Shown piece by piece: positions 8,576 to 16,883 of a stretch of DNA of 45,320 nt. Below the pieces are notes generated by a model. That model was not told where the DNA came from. It ran no database searches and saw only the letters and a program-made list of their open reading frames with translations. This DNA is from a virus. Taxonomy: Duplodnaviria > Caudoviricetes. The DNA is taken from positions 1 through 45,320 of the IMG/VR virus record IMGVR_UViG_3300037657_000015; one strand, 5' to 3'. Each line of letters starts with the position of its first letter. The first letter of the stretch is position 1. The position numbers and the translations under genes are program-made.

Positions 8576-9282
8576 TCTGGCCTGACGATTACATCAACAA
8601 GATTATATGCGGTGATTGCCTGGAAGTGATGAAGGGCATCCCGGACGGCGCGGTTGACTGCGTTATTACCGACCCGCCGTATGGCGTTGGATACCAAGGA
8701 GGCCATTTCCATTCTGGAGATGTCAACATTAAAAGGCACCGCGAAAAACTCGCTAACGATGAAAATTCAGATATATATTATCCATTGTTAGAAGCAATTA
8801 AAAAGGTAACTAAAGGCCCGTGTTATATCTTCTTTTCAGGCACAAAGGCATTTGAGGTTTACGACGCGGCACGGATAAATAAGTTTGACATTCATGCTTT
8901 AATAATTTGGCACAAAACAAATGCAACATACGCGGCGATGAATTCACAATATAAACACAGGCATGAACCGATTTTGTATTGCAAACCCCGAGGCTGGAAC
9001 ACATTATGGTGTGGCCCAACTGATGAATGCACAGTTTGGGACATGAAGCGGAATCCAGAAAATATCCACCACCCAACGCAAAAGCCAGTAGACGTAATAA
9101 AGAGGATGATTCGCAATCACAATATAGACATCATCCTTGACCCGTTCTGCGGATCGGGCACAACCTGCGTAGCCGCCAAGCAGATGGGCCGCAAGTACAT
9201 CGGTATCGAGATCAACCCCGAGTACGCGGCAATCGCACAGCGCCGCGTGGACAACGTAGGCCACCAGTTGGAGGTATTTTAA
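8572..9282 (+). CDS. DNA amino-methyltransferase (N6A/N4C, beta class)
   Basis: GDCL, TDPPY, HPTQKP and LDPFCGSGTT in beta-class order. Confidence 0.93.
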   Translation: MIWPDDYINKIICGDCLEVMKGIPDGAVDCVITDPPYGVGYQGGHFHSGDVNIKRHREKLANDENSDIYYPLLEAIKKVTKGPCYIFFSGTKAFEVYDAARINKFDIHALIIWHKTNATYAAMNSQYKHRHEPILYCKPRGWNTLWCGPTDECTVWDMKRNPENIHHPTQKPVDVIKRMIRNHNIDIILDPFCGSGTTCVAAKQMGRKYIGIEINPEYAAIAQRRVDNVGHQLEVF

Positions 9283-9284
9283 AC

Positions 9285-9491
9285 ATGCACCGATTTTGCA
9301 ATCATCCCGCGAACGAGGCGGCGCTCCGGGACCGCATGGCTAACCGGCTCTGTGACGATTGCGGGATGTTGGAAGTGTCCGAGTATCACCTAACACCTTT
9401 CCGCACCGCCACGGGGCAATCCATGCGCCTGTGCGCACGGTGCTTGGAGTATCGCGAGATGGAAAAACTTGAAGCGGAGGCGCAGGGATGA
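9285..9491 (+). CDS. Small Zn-finger protein
   Basis: CDDC...CARC. GGAGG RBS. Confidence 0.7.
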   Translation: MHRFCNHPANEAALRDRMANRLCDDCGMLEVSEYHLTPFRTATGQSMRLCARCLEYREMEKLEAEAQG

Positions 9492-9673
9492 CCGCAGTTG
9501 AAGCCATTGAAAAAGCCATCAAGGACGAGCGCGAAAAGATGGAAGCCAACAGAACGTTTTTAAGAAGCTTTGAAGTTGGCGATGCAAGGCTAATTGGGAT
9601 TGCATCTACTCTTTCAAATCACCAGTACGCAATCGGGGTTCTGGAGAAAGTGCTTTCAGAAATCGAAGATTGA
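9488..9673 (+). CDS. Hypothetical protein
   Basis: GGAGG RBS and ATGA overlap. Confidence 0.65.
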   Translation: MTAVEAIEKAIKDEREKMEANRTFLRSFEVGDARLIGIASTLSNHQYAIGVLEKVLSEIED

Positions 9674-9698
9674 AAAACCAAACCGGAGGAATCACACA

Positions 9699-10190
9699 AT
9701 GATTAAAAATCTAATCGTACATCACAGCGTAAGCGCGTGGGGGGGCGGGGAAACGATTAAACATTGGCATTGCGACCCCAAGCCACGCGGGAACGGATGG
9801 AAACATCCTGGATACCACGTGGTCATCACGAACAGGTACAACACGTATAACGCGTACATCAGTCGCATGCGCGGACAAGTCAAAGTTGACCGCATATTGA
9901 GAGAGACAATCCCATCGAACGGGTGCAAGTACGCTAACGACGACAGCCTGCAAGTGTGTTTAATAGGAGACTTTGACAAGCAGGAACCACTTGCAATGCA
10001 ATTTGAAAAGCTCATCGACCTGCTCGTTCACTGGTGTAAGAAATACAAACTTGTCCCCAATGACATCTACGGACACGGGGAAATGCAGCGCAAGATTGGC
10101 AAGGAAAAATACTCGAAAACGTGCCCTGGGAAACTCATGAACATGGACGCCGTGCGCATGGCCGTGGCGCTTAGATTGGCAGGGAAATGA
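9699..10190 (+). CDS. N-acetylmuramoyl-L-alanine amidase (Amidase_2, T7 lysozyme-like endolysin)
   Basis: IVHHS, GWKHPGYH, VCLIGDF, YGH and TCPG give the His/His/Cys Zn ligands. GGAGG RBS before ATG 9699. Confidence 0.9.
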   Translation: MIKNLIVHHSVSAWGGGETIKHWHCDPKPRGNGWKHPGYHVVITNRYNTYNAYISRMRGQVKVDRILRETIPSNGCKYANDDSLQVCLIGDFDKQEPLAMQFEKLIDLLVHWCKKYKLVPNDIYGHGEMQRKIGKEKYSKTCPGKLMNMDAVRMAVALRLAGK

Positions 10191-11563
10191 ACTACTTATC
10201 AATCTGCTCTGGTATCGAAGCCGCAAGCGTGGCGTGGAAACCCATGGGATGGAATGCCGTGGGGTTTTCAGAGATTGAACCGTTTCCTTGTTCGCTTTTG
10301 AATCACCATTATCCAGGCGTGAGAAATTACGGAGACATGACCAACTATAATGAGTGGAGCATTGATGGAGAATCAGTTGACCTTGTTTGCGGAGGAACCC
10401 CATGCCAATCATTCAGCGTCGCCGGACTCCGAAAGGGACTGGATGACCCGCGTGGTAACTTGGCCCTCGTCTTTCTCGGAATTGTTGATCGATTCAAGCC
10501 CCGATGGGTTTTATGGGAAAATGTCCCCGGCGTGCTTTCCGACAAGGGAAACGCTTTCGGGCAATTCGTCACCGGGCTATCAGAACTCGGGTATGGTGTC
10601 TGCTACAGAATTCTCGACGCTCAAAACTTCGGAGTCCCGCAGCGGCGCCGTCGCGTGTGGGTTGTCGGATATTTTGGAAACGGAGCGAACGTATTACAAG
10701 TGCCTGGAATGCGGGGAGGAATTCGAGGACAACTTTGCAACGGGGGCGAACACATTGGCGCCAGCGGAGTGCCCGAGATGCGGGGAGGAAAACCATGTGG
10801 AGTCCAGGACTGGCGACCTTCCGCAGCGGTACTTTTTGAGCGCGAAAGCCTGCGCCGGGATCTTACGCCGCGCCGCAAAACGCGGGAAAGAATTGCCGGC
10901 AGCATTGCTCCAAGCCTTACGGGAAGTGGCCGGGGCGTCGAGCGATGCGGAGAAAGCCGTGGACAAGACCCCGTGATACCAGTCGCACCGCCTCTCCGGA
11001 GCAATCCATATTGCGACAACGCCAGCCATGAGAATGGCCTTGTGTGTAGTGCAGTTACATCCAAATGGGCGAAAGGCACTGGCGGGCCGTCGGGCGATGA
11101 ATGTCAGAATCTTGTAACAGCCCAGCAAGTCCAGTGGTCAAGCGGCGGCGGCCAGTTGATGAATGACACCGCGCAAGCGTTGCGCAGCGGCGCCGAACAC
11201 AATTACCAGTTCGTGGCAGAGCCAGTGGTGACCGGGCCCACCAAAAACGTTTCAGCGTTCGGAGTAAAACGAGCAGGCGGGAACTGCTCTTTTGAAATCA
11301 CCCCAACTCTTGACTCTGGTGGTGGTGGTGGTTTCGGGAATGGCATGAGCGTGTTTGGGCCCACCATGCGTGTGCGCCGATTGACCACGCGCGAATGTGA
11401 ACGGCTCCAGGGATTCCCCGACGATTACACGCTTATCCCGCACAAAGGAAAGCCCGCGTCCGATTCAGCGCGATACAAGGCAATCGGTAACTCCTGGGCT
11501 GTACCGTGCGCAAGGTGGATCGGCGAACGCATACAGATGGTTGAGGATGTTCTTAACAAATGA
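10187..11563 (+). CDS. DNA (cytosine-5) methyltransferase
   Basis: Motifs I (CSGIE), IV (GTPCQSFS), VI (ENV), VIII (PQRRRR), IX (RRLTTRECERLQGFP) and X (IGNS). Confidence 0.95.
   Translation: MNYLSICSGIEAASVAWKPMGWNAVGFSEIEPFPCSLLNHHYPGVRNYGDMTNYNEWSIDGESVDLVCGGTPCQSFSVAGLRKGLDDPRGNLALVFLGIVDRFKPRWVLWENVPGVLSDKGNAFGQFVTGLSELGYGVCYRILDAQNFGVPQRRRRVWVVGYFGNGANVLQVPGMRGGIRGQLCNGGEHIGASGVPEMRGGKPCGVQDWRPSAAVLFERESLRRDLTPRRKTRERIAGSIAPSLTGSGRGVERCGESRGQDPVIPVAPPLRSNPYCDNASHENGLVCSAVTSKWAKGTGGPSGDECQNLVTAQQVQWSSGGGQLMNDTAQALRSGAEHNYQFVAEPVVTGPTKNVSAFGVKRAGGNCSFEITPTLDSGGGGGFGNGMSVFGPTMRVRRLTTRECERLQGFPDDYTLIPHKGKPASDSARYKAIGNSWAVPCARWIGERIQMVEDVLNK
10365..10976 (+). CDS. Overprinted +1-frame ORF inside the C5-MTase; M.EcoHK31I beta-polypeptide-like, with inserted Zn ribbon
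   Basis: Own GGAG RBS and ATG. Contains GKMSP..NSG..LSDILET and RYFLSAKACAGILRRA..LP..L..AL, plus a CLEC/CPRC ribbon. Confidence 0.78.
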   Translation: MENQLTLFAEEPHANHSASPDSERDWMTRVVTWPSSFSELLIDSSPDGFYGKMSPACFPTRETLSGNSSPGYQNSGMVSATEFSTLKTSESRSGAVACGLSDILETERTYYKCLECGEEFEDNFATGANTLAPAECPRCGEENHVESRTGDLPQRYFLSAKACAGILRRAAKRGKELPAALLQALREVAGASSDAEKAVDKTP

Positions 11564-13224
11564 TTAATTTCCCCGCACCGAAAACAAGTACCATCGTCCC
11601 GCGCCCGTACCAGTCGGCAGCGCTTGAAGCACTTGACGCGCACATGCGCGAAAAGGACACTAACCCTTGCGTGGTTATCCCCACGGGCGGCGGCAAATCC
11701 ATCCTCATGGCATGGGCCATTCAACAGTGGAAACAGGATTACCCGCCATTCCGATGTTGCATTCTGGCGCACAGAAAAGAGCTTGTGGAACAGAACACAA
11801 AGGAACTCATGAAGCTGTGGCCGGGCGTGGATGTTGGTGTCTACGCGGCTGCGCTTAAAAAGCGTGCAGTCGACAACTCAATCATCTACGCCTCAATTGA
11901 TTCAGTGTACAACAAGTGGGGCGAGTTCGCACCGTTTGACGTGATAATCGTTGACGAGGCACACAGGATACCGGCGCGCGGGGAGGGGAAATACCGTCAA
12001 TTCATTAACGGGTGCAAAAAGACGAACAAGAATCTCAAGGTTATTGGATTCACAGCAACACCATTCCGAATGAACTGTGGGCCAATATGTCACAAGGACC
12101 ATATTCTTAACGAGGTCTGCTATGACGTGAACGTCGTGGACCTTATCAATGACGGGTATTTGTGCAAGCTCCGGTCAAAGGTCGGTGACGTACAGGCGAA
12201 CATGGCTAACGTCAAGCGCAACTCCGGCGGCGACTATATCACGAATTCACTTTCCGAAGCGGTTAATGGAGTTGTCCAGGGTGCGGTCCGGTCTGCGGTG
12301 CAAATCATAAACGCGGAGAACAGGAAAAGCATTGTGTTTTTCTGTGTTGACTTGAAACATTGCCGTGAGGTCACAGCGGAACTGCGCAAATACGGGATTC
12401 ATGCACCACAAGTCACGGGTAAAACCAGTGTGCAGGAACGCACACGGATTGCCGACGCATTCAAGGCCGGCCAGTTGCGCGCGATTGCCAACGTCAACGT
12501 CTACACAGAGGGATTCAACGCCAAGCGCGTGGATTGTATTGTGCTACTGCGCCCGACGCTATCACCAGGGCTGTACATGCAAATGGTGGGCCGTGGTCTG
12601 AGGATTCATCAATCGAAAACAGATTGCCTTGTGTTGGACTTTGCACACTGTATTGAAACCCACGGCCCGATTGATTGCATTGACGCTGGGGAAGTGTCCG
12701 TGATAACATGCGGAGAATGCGGGGACGTGTTCAGCCGTGCGGTGCGCGTCTGTCCGCACTGCGGATGGGAAATCCCTAAACAGGAAATCGAGCGCCACGA
12801 GGCAGCGGAACGTGAAAAGCGTATGCACGAAACCGAAGCATCCAAGCGTAGCATCCTTTCAAGTGAGCCGGAAGTGTATAATGTAGATGCGGTAATTGTG
12901 AGCAGACATAAAAAAGAAGGGAAACCCGATAGCATCAAAGTCCAATATCGGTGCGGGTTACAAGTGTTCCGGGAGTGGGTATGCCTGGACCATGAGGGAT
13001 ACGCCGGAGAGAATGCGCGCAAGTGGTGGTTTAAGCGGTTCGGGAAAACCGGTCCGGCACCGTCCGTCGGGGAGGCGTTATCGGATATGTTTTTAGCGGA
13101 AAATATTAACAGAGTTACCGAGAAAATAATTGTCAAACAGAGAGGCAAATACACAGAAATATTATCCCATAAGTTAACAATTGGTCCACAAAACTACTAC
13201 GAACGCGAGGCCGCGATACGATGA
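11560..13224 (+). CDS. Superfamily 2 DEAH helicase (RadD/YejH-like) with C-terminal Zn finger
   Basis: PRPYQ, PTGGGKS, DEAH, TAT, QMVGRGLR and CGEC...CPHC. Confidence 0.93.
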   Translation: MINFPAPKTSTIVPRPYQSAALEALDAHMREKDTNPCVVIPTGGGKSILMAWAIQQWKQDYPPFRCCILAHRKELVEQNTKELMKLWPGVDVGVYAAALKKRAVDNSIIYASIDSVYNKWGEFAPFDVIIVDEAHRIPARGEGKYRQFINGCKKTNKNLKVIGFTATPFRMNCGPICHKDHILNEVCYDVNVVDLINDGYLCKLRSKVGDVQANMANVKRNSGGDYITNSLSEAVNGVVQGAVRSAVQIINAENRKSIVFFCVDLKHCREVTAELRKYGIHAPQVTGKTSVQERTRIADAFKAGQLRAIANVNVYTEGFNAKRVDCIVLLRPTLSPGLYMQMVGRGLRIHQSKTDCLVLDFAHCIETHGPIDCIDAGEVSVITCGECGDVFSRAVRVCPHCGWEIPKQEIERHEAAEREKRMHETEASKRSILSSEPEVYNVDAVIVSRHKKEGKPDSIKVQYRCGLQVFREWVCLDHEGYAGENARKWWFKRFGKTGPAPSVGEALSDMFLAENINRVTEKIIVKQRGKYTEILSHKLTIGPQNYYEREAAIR

Positions 13225-15437
13225 TTGAATCCGCTTTAGAGTACGCAGAAAATGGATGGCGTGTTTTCCCTGTGGAACCAAATGGCAAGCGCCCGCTTAT
13301 CAAGGACTGGCCGAACGCCGCGACCACGGACAATGAGCAGTTGAAAACATGGTGGGGCAAGTGGCCTACAGCAAATATCGGGCTTGCGTGTGGCAGCGGG
13401 TCCGGCGTGTTCGTGGTGGATGTTGATGTTTCTGACGGGAAACAGGGCGCTGAATCGTGGGCCACTATTGGCGCGTTCACCGAAACCCTAGAATCCCACA
13501 CCGGGTCCGGCGGCGCGCATCTATTTTTCCTTTACCCCAAAGGTAAAGAAATAAAGAACAAACAGAACGCCATGCCTGGAATTGACGTGCGTGGGGAAGG
13601 CGGGTTTGTGGTGCTCCCTCCGTCCGTACATGCAAACGGACAGGAGTATCAATGGGAAAATGAAACCGAACCGATTGAATGCCCGGAAAGCATTTTTAAC
13701 ACGCTATTTAAACAGCGCGCCAAGAGCCTCCCGTGGGACAGGAAACCAAATGCGCCGGCCCCTCAACGTCCTGTAAGCACTCCGGTCATAGAGCGCGCGT
13801 CTGCATATCTCCGCAACGTTCCACCGGCTGTCCAGGGACAGGCCGGCCATTCTGCCTTACTTTGGGCGGCTCGTTGTCTTGTGGTCGGGTTTGAACTGTC
13901 TGAATCCGATGCGCTGTCACTGCTCTGGTCAGAGTATAACCCACGCTGTGCGCCACCGTGGGACCGTGGAAATCCGCAAGACGTGAAAGAATTTGAGCGC
14001 AAAGTCAAAGAGGCGCGCGAAACACCGAGCCAAAGGCCGCGCGGATGGCTGTTGCATGAAACTGGATTGCAAAATGATACCGATGCAATGGCGTCGATAT
14101 TGAGCGAATCGTTTGCGGAATGTTGCCGGGCAAGGTTTTTCGAGCATGCAAAACGCACGGAAAACAAAGAGGCGTTTCCGATGCACTGTTTCCCGGAACC
14201 GGTCAAAGCATACGTTGAGACCGTTGCGGACGTGCAGGTCGTAAGCCCGGACGGGATAGCATTATCCGTGCTCGTGGCTGCGGGCGCCGCGATGGGAAAC
14301 GCGTTCCGCTTGCGGCTTAAGAACGGGTTCAACGTGCCTCCTACGCTCTGGGGCGCTATTATCTCCGCGTCCGGCACAAACAAGTCCGGCCCGTTCCGTG
14401 AGATAATCAAACCGCTGCGCGCAAGCATACCTTACGAAATCCTGCAAAACAAAATGATGAATCCGCAAGGTCAGCTTCTTATCGAGGACGCCACAACAGA
14501 GGCCGTGATAGGCGTCATGGCAGGTGCGCCGCGCGGGCTGTGTCTGGCTAACGGTGAAGGTGCCGGATGGATAGGTTCATTTGACCGGTATTCACAAGGC
14601 AAAGGTAAAAAGACAAGCGTCGATGAAACGATATGGCTAAAGCTTTGGGACGGGGATCCGTACCAGAAAAACAGGAAAACAGATTCAGAGAACATCCTTA
14701 TCCACAACGCAACGTGCGGCGTCCTTGTGTGCATTCAGCCTAAGAAGATGGCCGAATGTTTCGACCCCGGCCAGTTCGCTTCTGGTCTGGTCCCGCGCTT
14801 GTTGGTTGTGTATTTGCCTAAAGAGTTTCGCGGATGGTCGGAATCTGAAATGACCGGAGATAAATCATCGTGGTGGACGGATACCATAATGAAGCTGCGG
14901 TCGTATCCGTTTTTAGGGCAGGACCCGAACACGGGCGAATATATGCCGAACCAGATAGACTTGAGCGCAGAGGCAAAAGCAGTTTACGTCGATGAATTCA
15001 ACAGGATAGCACGTCAGATAATGGAATCCGATGAAATGACGGATTTGTTTTTAGGCAAGCAGCAGGGGATGACTGGCCGGGTCGCGCTCGTCCTGCACGG
15101 CCTGGGAGCGGCATGCGGGATGCATGAGATGGACAGCGAACTGTCCGGGGAAACAATGGGAAACGCAATCGAGATAATGAAATACCTCGTCAATCAGCAG
15201 CTTTCAGTTTATTCACTGGCAAGCAAAGCGTTTGAATCAGATGTGATAGATACGATTATCGGATTCACAAAAGAGAATAACGGAGTTATGACCCCGCGCT
15301 TGTTGACACGAAAGAAGCGGGCGCGATGGGGAACTATCCCGGATGCGATTAGGGACTTGAAATTAGCCGCAGATGCGGGCCACGGTGAATGGAACGCGGC
15401 GACAAGCCAATTCAAATTATGTGAGAAAAAACAATAA
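13221..15437 (+). CDS. Bifunctional primase-polymerase (Prim-Pol) fused to a DUF3987/YfjI-type P-loop domain
   Basis: ANIG, VVDVD, GGAHLFF, IDVRGEGG..PPSVH, a helical PriCT-like segment, SASGTNKS P-loop, DATTEA and SGLVPR. Confidence 0.88.
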   Translation: MIESALEYAENGWRVFPVEPNGKRPLIKDWPNAATTDNEQLKTWWGKWPTANIGLACGSGSGVFVVDVDVSDGKQGAESWATIGAFTETLESHTGSGGAHLFFLYPKGKEIKNKQNAMPGIDVRGEGGFVVLPPSVHANGQEYQWENETEPIECPESIFNTLFKQRAKSLPWDRKPNAPAPQRPVSTPVIERASAYLRNVPPAVQGQAGHSALLWAARCLVVGFELSESDALSLLWSEYNPRCAPPWDRGNPQDVKEFERKVKEARETPSQRPRGWLLHETGLQNDTDAMASILSESFAECCRARFFEHAKRTENKEAFPMHCFPEPVKAYVETVADVQVVSPDGIALSVLVAAGAAMGNAFRLRLKNGFNVPPTLWGAIISASGTNKSGPFREIIKPLRASIPYEILQNKMMNPQGQLLIEDATTEAVIGVMAGAPRGLCLANGEGAGWIGSFDRYSQGKGKKTSVDETIWLKLWDGDPYQKNRKTDSENILIHNATCGVLVCIQPKKMAECFDPGQFASGLVPRLLVVYLPKEFRGWSESEMTGDKSSWWTDTIMKLRSYPFLGQDPNTGEYMPNQIDLSAEAKAVYVDEFNRIARQIMESDEMTDLFLGKQQGMTGRVALVLHGLGAACGMHEMDSELSGETMGNAIEIMKYLVNQQLSVYSLASKAFESDVIDTIIGFTKENNGVMTPRLLTRKKRARWGTIPDAIRDLKLAADAGHGEWNAATSQFKLCEKKQ

Positions 15438-15817
15438 TGACAAACAGTGAATCATTGACAATCGTTTTACCGTTGCCACCCGCCGCGCTCAACCAGAACG
15501 GGAGCCATGGGAAATGGTACATGCGCGCCAATGCTCTGAAAACATGTCGCAAGCTTGCGCGGGATGCGGTTGAAGCGGAAGGGATAGAAGGAACGTGGGA
15601 CCGGGTTGAAGTGAAAGCCGTTTTTTTCCACAAGCAAAAGCGAAGGCGTGACGATGTGAACCACAATGCAAAGCTTAAAGGATATTTTGACGGGATAGTT
15701 GATGCTGGCCTTGTTGTAGATGACGATTCCGAACACTGGACCACGTTGCCACCTGGGTTTGAAATCGACCGCGAACAGGGCCGGGTAGAAATAACTGTGA
15801 CAAGGGTTGACATTTAA
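15437..15817 (+). CDS. rusA: RusA-like Holliday junction resolvase
   Basis: LPLPP..LNQN and RRRDDVN..KLKGYFDGI..AG...DDD. Confidence 0.8.
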   Translation: MTNSESLTIVLPLPPAALNQNGSHGKWYMRANALKTCRKLARDAVEAEGIEGTWDRVEVKAVFFHKQKRRRDDVNHNAKLKGYFDGIVDAGLVVDDDSEHWTTLPPGFEIDREQGRVEITVTRVDI

Positions 15818-15834
15818 AAAAAACCGCGTATACT
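15807..15834 (+). promoter_or_regulatory. Sigma70-type promoter upstream of the radical SAM gene
   Basis: TTGACA (15807-15812), 16-nt spacer, TATACT (15829-15834). Confidence 0.65.
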
Positions 15835-15876
15835 AAACTAACATGATTGCATAAAGCATACCAGGAGGTTAGAATT

Positions 15877-16866
15877 ATGATAAAATCTGACAGTCAGCTT
15901 GAATCGATAGGCTTTTATACTCTTTCAGACGCCAGGGCTGCAAAAGCATCACGGACAAGCCCGCTTTCAAGATGCGAATTGATTTTAACGGACAGGTGCA
16001 ATTTCAAGTGCCCATATTGTCGAGGCCTTAGACAAGATTACTCTGGAGATATGCCGGTAGAAGATGCAGTAGAAATTATAAAACTATGGTCTTCAGATTC
16101 ACTTAAAAATATTAGACTGTCTGGAGGTGAACCAACACTTTACAAAGATATATTACGCGTTGTCTCAATATGTAAGGATGAAGGAATAGAGAGAATAGCA
16201 ATGTCAACAAACGGGTCAGCCGAAACTGATTTTTATCTTAATCTTGTGTCAAAAGGGATAAATGATTTTTCAATATCATTAGATGCTTGTTGCCACTCAC
16301 AGGCAAAAACAATGTCTGGAGGAATTGATGTTCTTGATAGGATTTCATCAAACATAAAAGTGCTGTCAAGTATTGTATATGTTTCTGTTGGCGTTGTTAT
16401 AACAGAAGATAACTCGAAAGACGTATGCGAAATAATAAGCTATGCGAATTCACTTGGTGTTTCAGATATAAGAATAATCTCGTCTGCGCAGAACAATGAG
16501 ATGCTGGTCAATGCGGTTAAAATTGAAGGGCGCGTTTTAGAATCAAATCCAATATTGAAATACAGAATAAACAACATAAAACAAGGTAGAAACGTAAGGG
16601 GGATCGCGAATGGTGATAGCAACAGGTGCGGACTCGTTATGGACGATATGGCCGTGTGCGGAAAATGGCATTTCCCGTGCATAATATATATGAGAGAGGG
16701 CGGAAACCAAATAGGCGTTGTTTCAGACAAAATGAGGGATGAAAGATATGAATGGTATTTGTCTCACGATACACACACAGACAAAATTTGCAAGAAAAAC
16801 TGTCTTGACGTTTGCATAGATTATAATAACAAGTTTGCAGCAACAAACCCAAATAGGCACATATAA
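15877..16866 (+). CDS. Radical SAM enzyme with Cys-rich C-terminal (SPASM/twitch-like) region
   Basis: CNFKCPYC, LSGGEP, STNG and SISLD. Further Cys in C-terminal PC and CKKNCLDVC. GGAGG RBS before ATG 15877. Confidence 0.92.
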   Translation: MIKSDSQLESIGFYTLSDARAAKASRTSPLSRCELILTDRCNFKCPYCRGLRQDYSGDMPVEDAVEIIKLWSSDSLKNIRLSGGEPTLYKDILRVVSICKDEGIERIAMSTNGSAETDFYLNLVSKGINDFSISLDACCHSQAKTMSGGIDVLDRISSNIKVLSSIVYVSVGVVITEDNSKDVCEIISYANSLGVSDIRIISSAQNNEMLVNAVKIEGRVLESNPILKYRINNIKQGRNVRGIANGDSNRCGLVMDDMAVCGKWHFPCIIYMREGGNQIGVVSDKMRDERYEWYLSHDTHTDKICKKNCLDVCIDYNNKFAATNPNRHI

Positions 16867-16883
16867 AATACGGAGGTTAAGCG

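Noticed and set aside
15877-16866. Naming the radical SAM enzyme MoaA, QueE or viperin
   Set aside because: Only generic radical SAM motifs are recognisable and no pathway partners are present.
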